Shown here piece after piece: positions 28,344 to 38,897 of a stretch of 64,000 nucleotides of DNA. The translations under genes were made by a program, and so were the position numbers. Location of the stretch: the NCBI GenBank assembly GCA_902500745.1, contig CABVRS010000001.1:1184-65183 (forward strand), read 5' to 3'. How positions within the stretch are numbered: the stretch's first letter is position 1; the number at the start of each line of letters is the position of its first letter. The notes beneath the pieces are model-generated. The model was not told the DNA's origin, made no database searches, and was given only the letters and a program-made list of their open reading frames with translations. Source of the DNA: an uncultured Nitrospira sp. GTDB taxonomy: Bacteria; Nitrospirota; Nitrospiria; Nitrospirales; Nitrospiraceae.

Positions 28344-29048
28344 TTAGCGATGCCATGTGGATCGAGGTGGGGCAAAGAATTTCACGTCGCTCCGCTTAAA
28401 GAACCCGATCAGAACCATCCCCGCAAGAAATCCTCCGATGTGGGCAAAGAAGGCCACGCCGCCTCCGGTCGCACCGACGCTCATTCCTCCGCTGATCAGT
28501 TGAGTAATGAACCACATCCCTAGGACGATTCCCGCCGGAACTCGGGTCATACCCAGTCCGGGTAGGAAGACCAGCACGTGAGCCCGTGGAAAGAGCAACA
28601 GGTAGGCCCCTAATACTGCAGAGATGGCTCCACTCGCTCCGACCATAGGAATGTGCGAGGAAGGGTCGGTGAGCGCATGACTCAGTGCGGCGAGTATGCC
28701 GGAGAGAATATAAAAGACGACAAACTTCGCATGGCCCATCACATCTTCAATGTTATTCCCAAAAATCCAGAGATAGAGCATGTTCCCTAACAGATGCATC
28801 CACCCTCCATGAAGAAACATGCTCGTGATAAGAGTCAGAGAGGCTGGAAAAGCAATGCGAACTTCCTCCGAAAGAGAGGCGTGGCCGAAGATGACAGAGG
28901 GAATTGCACCGTATTGGAACGCGAAGAGGTCGGCCGGCTCTTGGGGGAGATTGACTTGGTAGAGAAACACGGCGACACAGATGCCGATGAAGGTGATCGT
29001 CACGACGGGAGTAAGTTTCGTGGGGTTTTCGTCGTGAAGTGGAATCAC
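28344..29048 (-). CDS. Rhomboid intramembrane serine protease
   Basis: MFLHGGWMHLLGNM, GASG, AHIGGF. Confidence 0.93.
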   Translation of the reverse strand: MIPLHDENPTKLTPVVTITFIGICVAVFLYQVNLPQEPADLFAFQYGAIPSVIFGHASLSEEVRIAFPASLTLITSMFLHGGWMHLLGNMLYLWIFGNNIEDVMGHAKFVVFYILSGILAALSHALTDPSSHIPMVGASGAISAVLGAYLLLFPRAHVLVFLPGLGMTRVPAGIVLGMWFITQLISGGMSVGATGGGVAFFAHIGGFLAGMVLIGFFKRSDVKFFAPPRSTWHR

Positions 29049-29060
29049 GATGGTTCCAAG

Positions 29061-29960
29061 CTAGGGATTGAGGCGGCGACCCATAACCAAACGTGGCAGT
29101 CTGGGGTCGGTTGGTGGGGTTCCGTCGCTCTGTAGAGCAACGGAGAATCCAGCCGCGTGGGTATGGCCTCCTCCGCCGAATGAGGCCGCAATGGTACCGA
29201 CGTCCGTCCCTTCCGCACGGGACCGCATGCTGAAATAGCGACGATCATCACGATCATGCCAGATCAAGCAAAACGGATGATGCGGAGAGAGCCGCTCGCC
29301 GATTTGGCTCGTTAAGATCGCACTGTGTACCGAGGGAACGACGACACCTTGGAACTCCACCAAAGCGGCCTGTGCCACAAGCTTGCCGACCAGTTCATGT
29401 TCATAGCGTAAGATCGCTCGGCCCTCTTGCTCAAGCGAGGACTGCGTAAAGCGGTCCCATACTATGAAGTCGAATGGATAGGAGGCCAGCGCCGCATTGA
29501 TCTCTCGGCTTCCAGGTAAGGCCCACGTCCAGAGATCCTTGTCTTGAATATATTGAAGCAACCATGGCGCGGTGGTGCCATGCGCCCACTCCCAACCCAA
29601 CACCGCACCGGACTTCGTTTGATCGAAGTAAGCGTTGGGAAAGCCATCTAGAGTCCTTTCCGCGGTGATATGGTGGTCGAGAATCAAAAGTTCCTTGGTT
29701 TCAGAAGCCATGGATTCCAGGATTGGTCGGCCATAGCTGAAATCGACGATGACGACCCGTCGGTCCTTGAGGTCAGGTGGAGGAGGCTGTCCGTGTTTGA
29801 CGGGCACAAAGGTGGCACTTGGAAATTTCTTCCAGAGAGCCCAGGCGGCTCCAAACCCATCTGAACAGTCCGCATGGTACAGGACAATGTCGGGAGAACT
29901 ATGAAATGGAGGAGCGGACGACACAGTATCCATAACAATGGGAGAGGATACCATGCCCAC
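29061..29960 (-). CDS. DHH/DHHA1 phosphoesterase
   Basis: YHADCSDG, VDFS, LDHH, GGGGHTHAAGF. Confidence 0.88.
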   Translation of the reverse strand: MGMVSSPIVMDTVSSAPPFHSSPDIVLYHADCSDGFGAAWALWKKFPSATFVPVKHGQPPPPDLKDRRVVIVDFSYGRPILESMASETKELLILDHHITAERTLDGFPNAYFDQTKSGAVLGWEWAHGTTAPWLLQYIQDKDLWTWALPGSREINAALASYPFDFIVWDRFTQSSLEQEGRAILRYEHELVGKLVAQAALVEFQGVVVPSVHSAILTSQIGERLSPHHPFCLIWHDRDDRRYFSMRSRAEGTDVGTIAASFGGGGHTHAAGFSVALQSDGTPPTDPRLPRLVMGRRLNP

Positions 29961-30008
29961 GTCGTAACGAAAAGGTATCTTTCTGGTCTATGTCAGGGAA
30001 AGGGTCGA

Positions 30009-31064
30009 CTACAGTCCGTTGAGGTGGCTGATCAATTGGCGAAGTCGGCCGGCACTGCGTCGGTTGAAGTTGAACGCGAGCCTCGGCAAATCACGCAAGG
30101 CCGGTTCGTCGAGTTCTTCCTCGAGAGGACCGCGCAGTTCGAACGTCCCGTCGTAAAGCAGATCCGTGAATTGCTTTCGGATCTGCTCGAGTTGTTCGGA
30201 CGAGATGGCGTGCCTGAGACGCATCGCAAGTTGTCGTCCTACAAACCGGATGGAGTGGTACCGGTGATAGAACTGCAGAATGTGGTTGACCGCGGCTTCC
30301 GCAGAATCCACGATGACAAACAGATTCATGTCTTCTTCATTGATCAGTTTCCGTGTTAACAGTTGTCTCACCACGAACGCCGACCAGTCATTCCAGTAGT
30401 CGCAGCCGGGAGCCTGCAGGCAGATAATGGGCTGAGGATCACTTTTCCCGGTCTGGGCCAAGGTGAGGATCTCAAAGCCTTCGTCGTGTGTGCCGAATCC
30501 ACCCGGAAAGAGCGCAATGGCGTTCGCTTCCTTTTGGAACATCAACTTTCGCGTGAAAAAGTACTTGAAGGTGATCAGTTTCTCATCATCGGCGATGGTC
30601 GAGTTCGGCCCTTGCTCGAACGGCAGCATGATGTTGACACCGAAGCTGTTCTCCCGTCCCGCCCCTTCTTGGGCGGCGCGCATGATCCCATCCGCTCCTC
30701 CGGTGATGACCATGAACCCTTCTCGCACGATGGCCTGGGCGAATTGGTGAGCCAATTGATAATTGGGATCATCCGATGGCGTCCGTGCCGAGCCGAAGAT
30801 GCTGACCTTCTGACGATCACGATAGCCATGAAACACACCAAATGCATGACGTAACTCTTTGACGGCCCGATTGACGATTTTGATATCCAGGAGATCGAGG
30901 TGCGCATCGTTAAGTTTCAACAGCCCTGTCAGGAGCTCTCGCATGAGCGCAGCATGCAAGTCATCGTCCGGGCAATTCAGGAGCGTGCTGATTTGATGAA
31001 GAATTTCGTCGCGTGATAAGACCGGACGAGATCGATTCTGTGATGCTTTTCCTGTTGTATTCAT
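30009..31064 (-). CDS. LOG-family nucleotide phosphoribohydrolase
   Basis: FGSART, TGG..GIM, FFTRK, PGGFGTHDE. Confidence 0.88.
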   Translation of the reverse strand: MNTTGKASQNRSRPVLSRDEILHQISTLLNCPDDDLHAALMRELLTGLLKLNDAHLDLLDIKIVNRAVKELRHAFGVFHGYRDRQKVSIFGSARTPSDDPNYQLAHQFAQAIVREGFMVITGGADGIMRAAQEGAGRENSFGVNIMLPFEQGPNSTIADDEKLITFKYFFTRKLMFQKEANAIALFPGGFGTHDEGFEILTLAQTGKSDPQPIICLQAPGCDYWNDWSAFVVRQLLTRKLINEEDMNLFVIVDSAEAAVNHILQFYHRYHSIRFVGRQLAMRLRHAISSEQLEQIRKQFTDLLYDGTFELRGPLEEELDEPALRDLPRLAFNFNRRSAGRLRQLISHLNGL

Positions 31065-31141
31065 AGTTGTCCTTGCGATGAGTGAGGAAATTGTATCAGC
31101 GGAACGGAGGTTGGTCAAAGAATGAGACGATCTAGACCGAT

Positions 31142-31918
31142 TTACGATGGGTCGAAGGATTTAGGAAGGTTCGCCAGCACCCATGCTTTGATTCTGGACT
31201 GATCGGCCGGAGAGAGGTCGATAAATTGAACCTCAATGCCAGGAGACGTGGGGATGACAGCGCGGGTTGCGCCTGAGATCTGCTCGACCTGAGCATTATT
31301 CAAGACCGTCCCTCGTATCGTCAACGGACTCATCGACTCGGAAAGGGAGAAGCTCAGTATGACTTTGGTCCCCGAAAGGAGGAACGCCGGAGACTTCAGG
31401 GAGGCACCGGCATGACTCAGTTGGGTGACGATAACTTGATGTTCTGCACCCATGGATTCTCCATCCATGATGCTGATGGTTGCCGCCATGTTTGTCACGC
31501 ACCGCTTCGGGGAAAGCACTAGGTCTCGGGCAGTCAAAACTCCGACCGGTTGATCTTGTTTGGTGACGATCAGGATCGGCGTTCCAGTGGACATCATGAG
31601 GGTCGATGCATCTTCCACGGCTCGATCGTATTCGATAAATTGGACCGGTCGGGTCATGATCGTGCGGACTTCAATATTATCCGGTTCAAGGCCCTGGGCC
31701 ACCACTTTTTTCACGATATCGGTCGGTGTCATGAGCCCGAAACGAGACTCCGAGTCTTTGACGAGGAGACAGGGCATCCGTTCACGTTCAAGGAGCGACG
31801 CGGCCTCAGTGACGGATACATCTCCGGGAATCTGAACGACGCCGGGTGTCATCATGTGTGCAACCAGTGTGATCTGCTGATCCGTCTCGTTCCGCTGTTG
31901 ATCGTTCTTGTCCGACAT
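31142..31918 (-). CDS. CBS pair plus PilZ-like domain protein
   Basis: Two CBS domains, then QLSHAGA (D/NxSxxG-like) and GIEVQF. Confidence 0.75.
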   Translation of the reverse strand: MSDKNDQQRNETDQQITLVAHMMTPGVVQIPGDVSVTEAASLLERERMPCLLVKDSESRFGLMTPTDIVKKVVAQGLEPDNIEVRTIMTRPVQFIEYDRAVEDASTLMMSTGTPILIVTKQDQPVGVLTARDLVLSPKRCVTNMAATISIMDGESMGAEHQVIVTQLSHAGASLKSPAFLLSGTKVILSFSLSESMSPLTIRGTVLNNAQVEQISGATRAVIPTSPGIEVQFIDLSPADQSRIKAWVLANLPKSFDPS

Positions 31919-32086
31919 TCTTCAGCCAGGTCCTTTTTCACCAGTAATTTGCTTCCCTGGCCGTCGTAACGTATGCCAAGTATAGCAGAAGGTCTTGTGA
32001 GACCAGGAAGGGGGGAAAGGCTTGTCATTCAATGGTTTTACGACATACACTAGGCCAAAATTGTGACCGACGGAATGGGGAGCGCG

Positions 32087-33574
32087 ATGACAGTTCGAGG
32101 GTGGTTCCATCACGAGTTCCTTCGCAGGCTCGAGGCGATTCCTACGCATGGGTTAGGCCTTTCCGTCGACATCCAAGCTCCTGCTCTCGCGAGCGTGCGG
32201 GAAGGTGTGCAAGAACGTCACCTTCCGCTCCGCTATCTGGAGGTTTTTCGTGCGACCTCCATGGCCTTGAAGAACATGAAGAAGGATTTGGACGACGAGT
32301 TACTAACCTATCATGGAGAAGGGCTGTGGGTCACCCAACCCGAGGTGACGGAAACCAAGGCTTTTCACGCGGCCCTCAAAGAAACGGTCGAGCAGCTTCG
32401 TATCTTGCAGAGTCCCTGGCTGAATCATGAGTGTGCGGCGAAGGTGCTCGCCGGGCATTATTTTGGAACCTACCTCCCTCCGCTCTACACTCGAGCAAGC
32501 GCAGAGATTGTGCGTGAGAATATCAGAAAGATCCAAAGTCTTCTTGATGAGCAATGTGTGCTGGACAATGGCAGCACGCCGTTGGTGCTGCTGGAAATGC
32601 CGCCACTCACCTATTTCGTTGCCGGGACGCTATCGCTTCCATCCTTTTTTAGACTGGTCTGCGAACAGTCGTCTTGTGGGCTGGTGTTGGATGTCGGCCA
32701 TCTCTGGACGGTGTTTCGGTACACCGGGGCCTATCGAACCCTGTCGCTCATGCAATTTGTGAGCGCGTTTCTCGATGAATTTCCCGTGGAGCGAGTTGTA
32801 GAAATTCATGTTGCCGGCCTGGCGCCTCATGTTTCAACCGAACCCTCCTTCTCGATTCCGGTAGATCACACGAACGACAAGGCGCTTCCGGCATGGATCG
32901 ATGCGCATGAAGCCCCTATCCCCCCTGTCTTGTTCAAGATGCTCGACCAGATTCTGAATCATCCTCGACTCATCAGTCTGAAAGGACTCGCCTTGGAGGT
33001 CGACACGAAACCTGTTGGACTGATCGTCGAGGAATTTGCCGAGTTCTCGCGATGCTACGCATCGGTATTCAATCACATGTCGATGGTCGACAAGAGCGCG
33101 TTCGTTATCGAAGCCGGTTCAATGCATGAGAGCCAGAGTTCGACCAGGATCGGATCGGATCTGAGCGATGCCTACGATCGGTATGTACGTGTCCTCACAG
33201 GCAAGGCCGAACCGGTGGGACCGGAATGGAACCAGTCGTGGGCATACGGAGAAGAGTTGGGTCGTTATCGAGACAGCTATCTTCCGCATGAGATCCTCCA
33301 TTGGGGAGGCGAGCTAGAGGATATGTTTGTCGAGACCTGTTGTCGGCTGAAAGAGACAGGAATGTCCCTCGATGGATTTGTCACCTTCTGGTTTCGTGAG
33401 CCACAGCCTCTCTCCGAAGCGTATGATTTCTTTTTGCTGAAAGTCGAACGATTTGTCGAGTTTGTCCGTGAAGTCGCACCTGAACTACAGAGTATGGCGG
33501 AGCGAGAAGCTCGTGAGCTTCGGCTGGCCTACCGATCCGTCAACGAATCACACATCGTCGCGCGGGTGCAATGA
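32087..33574 (+). CDS. DUF692/MNIO-family multinuclear non-heme iron enzyme with C-terminal extension
   Basis: GLGL, YHG, WLNHE, LLE, LVLDVGH, EIHVAG, IDAH, LEVD motifs in TIM-barrel order. Confidence 0.8.
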   Translation: MTVRGWFHHEFLRRLEAIPTHGLGLSVDIQAPALASVREGVQERHLPLRYLEVFRATSMALKNMKKDLDDELLTYHGEGLWVTQPEVTETKAFHAALKETVEQLRILQSPWLNHECAAKVLAGHYFGTYLPPLYTRASAEIVRENIRKIQSLLDEQCVLDNGSTPLVLLEMPPLTYFVAGTLSLPSFFRLVCEQSSCGLVLDVGHLWTVFRYTGAYRTLSLMQFVSAFLDEFPVERVVEIHVAGLAPHVSTEPSFSIPVDHTNDKALPAWIDAHEAPIPPVLFKMLDQILNHPRLISLKGLALEVDTKPVGLIVEEFAEFSRCYASVFNHMSMVDKSAFVIEAGSMHESQSSTRIGSDLSDAYDRYVRVLTGKAEPVGPEWNQSWAYGEELGRYRDSYLPHEILHWGGELEDMFVETCCRLKETGMSLDGFVTFWFREPQPLSEAYDFFLLKVERFVEFVREVAPELQSMAEREARELRLAYRSVNESHIVARVQ

Positions 33575-33575
33575 G

Positions 33576-34760
33576 ATGAACTTCTGGCTCAACCTTCCGC
33601 GCCCTATCATTGGGCTGTCGCCGATGGATGGTGTCACCGACGCCTGCTTCCGGGCGGTGATTGCCAGCCGAGGTAAGCCGGATGTCACCTTTACGGAATT
33701 TACCCATGTGCATGATGTCTGCCGTGGGCCTGAGATCCAGCTGGAGACGCTCCTCTATAGCGACGTTGAACGTCCGATCGTCGCCCAGCTCTATGGAAAG
33801 GATCCGGATCTCTTCTACCAGGCGGCACATGCCGTATGCGAACTAGGATTTGATGGGCTGGACATTAACATGGGGTGCCCATCGAAGAACGTCGCTTCCT
33901 CTGGATCGGGCGCCGGACTGATCCGCACTCCCGAACTAGCGCGCTCCATCATACAGGCGACTAGGTGCGGCATCGATGATTGGGTACATGGCCAAACCCT
34001 CGAACAAGTAGGATTTAAGCAGGCCCGCATCGACGCGTTCCACCGTCTGAACCATCGGCGTGGGAGCGCTAGTCCAACAGTACGATGCAAGGTGCCGCTC
34101 TCTGTCAAAACCAGAGTCGGTTATGACGAGGTCGCGGTCGAAGCGTGGCTTGAAGACCTGCTGAAAGAACAGCCGACTGTGATCTCCCTTCATGGACGGA
34201 CGCTCACGCAGATGTATCGAGGGGCTGCGGACTGGTCGGCCATCTCACGAGCCGCCGCGATGGCGAAGGGATCAGGAACGTTATTACTGGGGAACGGCGA
34301 TATTCAACGTCCAGGAGACATCGTGTCGCGCGTTCGTGAGACAGGTGTGGATGGCGTGTTAGTGGGGCGCGCCGCTCTTGGCGCACCATGGTTTTTTCAC
34401 GCGAAGGAACAGGTGCGGCAGCACGCGTGTGAATCGTGTGCGATTGGAAACCCGACGGATCTTGACCCTGCGGTGCCGCAGGAAGAGCGCTTCGCTGTGC
34501 TGATGGACCATGCGCGGCAGTTCCAGGCTCTTTTTGGTCAACAACAATTCCATCGGATGCGAAAGCATTTAGCCTGGTATTGCAAAGGCTTTTCGCATGC
34601 CGCCTCGCTTCGTGCGCAAATGGTGCGCGTCTCTTCAGTCGATGAGTTGAACCAGGTGCTGATGGACTTCACGGGGCGGGCACAGGATCGCGATAGGGAG
34701 GAATTGCCGCAATCTGAGTCCACCGAGGACCTGAGCCTCTTGGCATCGCGATGCAGCTAA
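33576..34760 (+). CDS. dus: tRNA-dihydrouridine synthase
   Basis: SPMDGVTD, DINMGCP, SVKTR, HGRT, GNGD. Confidence 0.92.
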   Translation: MNFWLNLPRPIIGLSPMDGVTDACFRAVIASRGKPDVTFTEFTHVHDVCRGPEIQLETLLYSDVERPIVAQLYGKDPDLFYQAAHAVCELGFDGLDINMGCPSKNVASSGSGAGLIRTPELARSIIQATRCGIDDWVHGQTLEQVGFKQARIDAFHRLNHRRGSASPTVRCKVPLSVKTRVGYDEVAVEAWLEDLLKEQPTVISLHGRTLTQMYRGAADWSAISRAAAMAKGSGTLLLGNGDIQRPGDIVSRVRETGVDGVLVGRAALGAPWFFHAKEQVRQHACESCAIGNPTDLDPAVPQEERFAVLMDHARQFQALFGQQQFHRMRKHLAWYCKGFSHAASLRAQMVRVSSVDELNQVLMDFTGRAQDRDREELPQSESTEDLSLLASRCS

Positions 34761-35383
34761 TCCTGGCATCGAGTTCGCCGCGTCGCCAAGAGCTGCTGGC
34801 ATTGCTAGGTTTGTCCTTTCACGTCATCCCGCCGAATGTTCATGAACACCCGACGCCTGAGATAACCCCTATTGAGCAGGTCAAACGATTCGCTCTCGAA
34901 AAGGCACGAGCAGTGGCCGCTCAGCAGGCCGATGGGCTGGTAGTGGGAAGCGATACGGTCATTGAGCTTGACGGTCAACTCATGGGAAAACCGGTCGATC
35001 TTCAGGATGCACGCATCATGCTCGCACGCTTGGCCGGCCGTGTACATCAAGTCCATACCGCTGTGGCCCTATGCAGCCGTGAGCCAGAAATAGAGTTGAT
35101 TGAGGTTGATACGGCGAAGGTCGAAATGAAACCTGATTATGAACATCTCTATGACGGGTATCTCGCATCGCAAGAATCACTGGGCAAGGCCGGAGCCTAT
35201 GCGATTCAAGGGCGTGGTGGAGATCTGGTGGATCGCGTCAACGGCGACTACACGACCGTGGTGGGACTCCCGCTGGCGCTCGTGGCACGCCTCCTCTGGA
35301 CAGCCGGGTATCCTGTTCCCGTCAACGTCAAAGAGGTGTATCAGCGAAAACCCTATGCGAACTGGGGACACTTCGGAGGCTAA
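34751..35383 (+). CDS. maf: Maf-family nucleotide pyrophosphatase
   Basis: LASSSPRR, SDTV, GKAGAYAIQG, VVGLP. Confidence 0.95.
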   Translation: MQLILASSSPRRQELLALLGLSFHVIPPNVHEHPTPEITPIEQVKRFALEKARAVAAQQADGLVVGSDTVIELDGQLMGKPVDLQDARIMLARLAGRVHQVHTAVALCSREPEIELIEVDTAKVEMKPDYEHLYDGYLASQESLGKAGAYAIQGRGGDLVDRVNGDYTTVVGLPLALVARLLWTAGYPVPVNVKEVYQRKPYANWGHFGG

Positions 35384-35486
35384 TTGCAAAGGGTAGGCGC
35401 TTCCCCTACAATACTTTGATACTTGCCGGTCGCCTCAGTATTTACGTTTCGGATATGCCTGGCTGGCAGTGCACGAGAGGAAAGGT

Positions 35487-36134
35487 ATGACGATTCGTAC
35501 ACATGTCACACTCGCGATGGGACTGATCGGAGCTCTGACGATCGGGCAGAGTGCCGCCTGGGCAATCGAGGTCAATTTGTCGTCGGAAGATGCGCATAAG
35601 GCGCTGGAGACCGGTCGAGCACCGATGGAAAAAGCCAATTCTCCGGAAGATGTGAGGAAAGTCTTGCAGCAAGCGTCCTTAGCGAGTCGTGTGGGCGCCG
35701 ATCCGGAGAAAGAGCCCTGCGGTGCGAGCGCCATTCTGCGCACGAAGCAGTATCGATTGGAAGCGTTTGGTCGGCAAGAAGCGGCGGAATCGAAGAAGCG
35801 AAAGATGGACGTGCGCATGCCCGAGGAGTTTATCCAGAAGGTGATGGACATGCCCAACATGGAGATTGAGGTGCAGTTGTGCGGCGATGACGAGTATTTC
35901 GCCGAGGGGGCCTTGATCGAGCTGCACCAAGAGTCAAAACGCACCAAGGCAATCGACATCGGTAAAGCTGAACGGGGACGAAAGAACGAAGGCAACGGCC
36001 CGGCCTTCCGATCCCGGTTCACCGCCGTCTTTGCCTATGAACAGTTCGACCCCAACGCCACGTCGGTGTTCGTCGTCAATCTACAAGACGGACAAGAGAT
36101 CAGAATTCCCGCCGAATTGTCGAAAGTGAAGTAG
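35487..36134 (+). CDS. Exported hypothetical protein
   Basis: Signal peptide (AWA), strong RBS, two Cys. Confidence 0.75.
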   Translation: MTIRTHVTLAMGLIGALTIGQSAAWAIEVNLSSEDAHKALETGRAPMEKANSPEDVRKVLQQASLASRVGADPEKEPCGASAILRTKQYRLEAFGRQEAAESKKRKMDVRMPEEFIQKVMDMPNMEIEVQLCGDDEYFAEGALIELHQESKRTKAIDIGKAERGRKNEGNGPAFRSRFTAVFAYEQFDPNATSVFVVNLQDGQEIRIPAELSKVK

Positions 36135-36141
36135 ACTTCGT

Positions 36142-37623
36142 TCATCTCCAGGCTTTCTTTCCCCGTTTCAACAACGTCTTGAATAGCGGTTTTATGCCCT
36201 TGCGGACGTCGTGGCACCGTTGGTGCTGGCGCTCGACCATACGGCCTGCGACAAATCCGGAGCGGACGCTGGTCGAGTACTTGAGGAACTGTCGGACGTA
36301 ACGTTCGGCGTGAAGCGCATCCTGGTGGACCCCCAACAGATCTTGGAGTGCACGAGCGGCCTTGATGAACCGGACGGCTGGTTTGCCTACCGAGGCACGA
36401 GCCAATTCGGCGGCATAGCGGGCGCGTTTGGTCTTGATCCTGATTTTGTGGAGCGCGACGTCCGAGGGGGAGGCTCTCAGACCCTTGATCGCCTTGCGCA
36501 ATTTCTTGAAGGGCCGCTTAGCGAGCTGATCCACAGTGAATGGAGACTCGACGACTGCAGGGTCGTGTGCGGCTTGTTGCAATCGCTTGATGAGCTCGAG
36601 GTATCGGGCGCCGGAGAGTTCGCTTAGCACCACCTGCTGGGCAGCGTCCCGTTGAGACCGAAGGTGGGAGATGAAGGCTACCAACAGCTTGCGATCCCGC
36701 GCATCCAATCCAGAAGATTCCTCCGTAAAATAGGCAATTTGGACATCCAGATCGCGGGCGGTTCCCAGCAGCTCGCTCAACCAATCGAGTTCCTGGTCTA
36801 ATGATGTAACCCATGCGGATAATAGGATGGGACGAGCTGTACGAAGCACCGCTCGCAGGCGTCGTGTTGCGATGCGCATCTGATGCAGGCTCTCGCTCTC
36901 AGTTCCGAGTCTCGTGCCGGGATCATGGGCAAGGAGCCATTTCACGTGCTGTGTGAGTGCCCACTTCACATGCTCAACTGCCGGCGCTATTGAGTGAGGA
37001 TGCGGCGCTGGGGTGAGAGCTTGCAGCGAGAGGGCACGATAGAACTTAGGACGTCCGTCATGATCAGTCGCACCGGCGACGCGCATCTGCTGTTCAAGAG
37101 AACGAAGTGATGTCTCATCACCCTGCCGTTGTTCGATTTCGAGCTCGCGAAACTGCTGAATGGTTCTGCCGTTTTTGATGACCGATACCGTGTCGAGGGC
37201 AACCTCAGCAGTCACAACTCGATCCTGACGCACCAGCAGGCCGGTCCGCCAGACTCGCAGCGTCACGACGGGTAGGAGTTTCCGATACCCAAGGGGAACA
37301 ACCAGTAACCCACGTAAAGAAGCAGGTGGATTGGGCTGGTCCCCGGCGACCTCAACTTCCTGCCGATCATTGCCCAACGGTATTTTGAGCTGCCATGCGT
37401 GCTTGCCATGCTCGATGCGATGACGCAAGGTCATCCGTGCATGGGCCAAGTCATAGGCGGCCGTGTCGTAATAGGTCGAGATCAGCAGCCGTCGAGGCAG
37501 CGGGGTGCCGGGTAGTCGAGGCAGGTGGAAGTCGGAGTCGACGGCCAGTTTGAGTTCCCGTTCGATGTGAGCCGAGCCGATAGAACGGTGTTGAGTTGAA
37601 GTTCCAAGGGGGCGAGCCATCAT
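36142..37623 (-). CDS. CYTH + CHAD domain protein (polyphosphate-associated)
   Basis: ERELK, YYDT, ELEIE (CYTH); LHQMRIATRRLR, RDLDV, LHKIRIKTKRARY, LQDLLG..QD (CHAD). Confidence 0.92.
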   Translation of the reverse strand: MMARPLGTSTQHRSIGSAHIERELKLAVDSDFHLPRLPGTPLPRRLLISTYYDTAAYDLAHARMTLRHRIEHGKHAWQLKIPLGNDRQEVEVAGDQPNPPASLRGLLVVPLGYRKLLPVVTLRVWRTGLLVRQDRVVTAEVALDTVSVIKNGRTIQQFRELEIEQRQGDETSLRSLEQQMRVAGATDHDGRPKFYRALSLQALTPAPHPHSIAPAVEHVKWALTQHVKWLLAHDPGTRLGTESESLHQMRIATRRLRAVLRTARPILLSAWVTSLDQELDWLSELLGTARDLDVQIAYFTEESSGLDARDRKLLVAFISHLRSQRDAAQQVVLSELSGARYLELIKRLQQAAHDPAVVESPFTVDQLAKRPFKKLRKAIKGLRASPSDVALHKIRIKTKRARYAAELARASVGKPAVRFIKAARALQDLLGVHQDALHAERYVRQFLKYSTSVRSGFVAGRMVERQHQRCHDVRKGIKPLFKTLLKRGKKAWR

Positions 37624-37796
37624 AGGACCTCTGTAGCGGAAGGAGAGCCCCTTACTTCTAAACGCGCGAGGGCGGGAATTGCAATCCCGGGGGAGCCGGG
37701 AGGAATTCGTAGAGTGGTCGATCACACGATGGGGTGTGGAGAGGAGGAAGGTGCTCACTCAACAAGAAAGCGGCAGATATAAAGGACGAAGCGAGC

Positions 37797-38180
37797 CTAG
37801 AATTCGTCGATAGAGACCGGTCGGAGAAAATCCCGGACCGACACCAGGCCGACGAGTGCGCCTCCTTTGGTCACGCCGAGGTGGAGGGTATGATGCCGAT
37901 CCATGAGATCCGCAGCCTCCGTCAGTGGCCGCCGCTCTTCGATGCCTGGGATTGGGCTGCTCATGATCTCTTCAACCGGCACAAAGTATGCGGCTTTCTC
38001 CGCTCCAACGAACTTTTTGACGATATCTGATTCAGTCACAATGCCGATGATCTGGGCCTGACGCGCGACGAGTACACTCTCAACATTGCAGGCTCTCATT
38101 AACTTCGCCGTCTCGACGACCGAGGTACCGACGTCCACCGTCACTATTTCTTTCTGCATCAAATTGCCGACTGTTACCAT
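37797..38180 (-). CDS. CBS domain protein
   Basis: Two CBS repeats (GIVTESDI, GLVSVRDF). Confidence 0.9.
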   Translation of the reverse strand: MVTVGNLMQKEIVTVDVGTSVVETAKLMRACNVESVLVARQAQIIGIVTESDIVKKFVGAEKAAYFVPVEEIMSSPIPGIEERRPLTEAADLMDRHHTLHLGVTKGGALVGLVSVRDFLRPVSIDEF

Positions 38181-38239
38181 AGCATCCTCCTTTAAATATT
38201 TGTATTGGCATCAAGGTACCAAGCGTTCGTTGCACCGGC

Positions 38240-38323
38240 GTTAGCCGGCTATTACAGGTCCGTAAACTCTTCAAGTGAGAGACATGTCACACCGTATTAA
38301 CGATTCGGCAATGAGGCAGTGAC
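38240..38323. promoter_or_regulatory. Pho-box-like 11-bp-phased repeats
   Basis: Minus: CTGTAAT-N4-GGCTAAC (38240-38257); plus: ATGTCAC/TATTAAC/CGGCAAT/CAGTGAC at 11-bp spacing (38284-38323). Confidence 0.5.
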
Positions 38324-38442
38324 GTACACAAGGTACATCTCCCTTTAATGCAACCAAACGTTCCCTTCATGATCGATCAGGGTCACGACGTCATGATGGT
38401 GAAACGGTTCATGCCCATTAGAAAGGTAGGGAGGTGCGCATT

Positions 38443-38556
38443 ATGATTACTGAGCTACGGATGAAAGGTTCGCTCGTGAAATCCATCATGGTCCGCTTGG
38501 CCATCATTGTGATAAGTATCTGTGGCATGTTCGTCAGATTAAGACCAGCCCCCTGA
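38443..38556 (+). CDS. Putative 37-aa single-pass membrane microprotein
   Basis: GGAGG RBS; MITELRMKGSLVKSIMVRLAIIVISICGMFVRLRPAP. Confidence 0.4.
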   Translation: MITELRMKGSLVKSIMVRLAIIVISICGMFVRLRPAP

Positions 38557-38897
38557 AATCCTCCCGCCTGGCCCCTAATCACTCAGTATTCAACAGTGGG
38601 GCAGGAAGCCAGTTTTTGATTACGAATGGAAGGAGTTTGCGAGTGGAACGACGAGGGGAGTGCGCTCGCGCGGTGTCAAGGAAGAGTCGTTGCGAACATT
38701 GATACCAACTTCAAGCAGATTCTTGAGGCGAAAGCTCCGATCGCGCTCACTCAGACGAATCTTCTTGAACTGCAGATGATGGATTCGGCTTCCGAGCGAG
38801 AACCGGTAGGGCAAGTTTGCCCCCAATCCGGCTCCCGCCTGTCCATTGCCATGCACTGTTGAATCTTCCTCCTTTCTGATCACTACAAGTACATCAC

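Noticed and set aside
34690-34760. Dus C-terminal ...SRCS as the MNIO substrate
   Set aside because: The Cys codon is dictated by overlap with the maf start (ATGCAGCTAA); no other support
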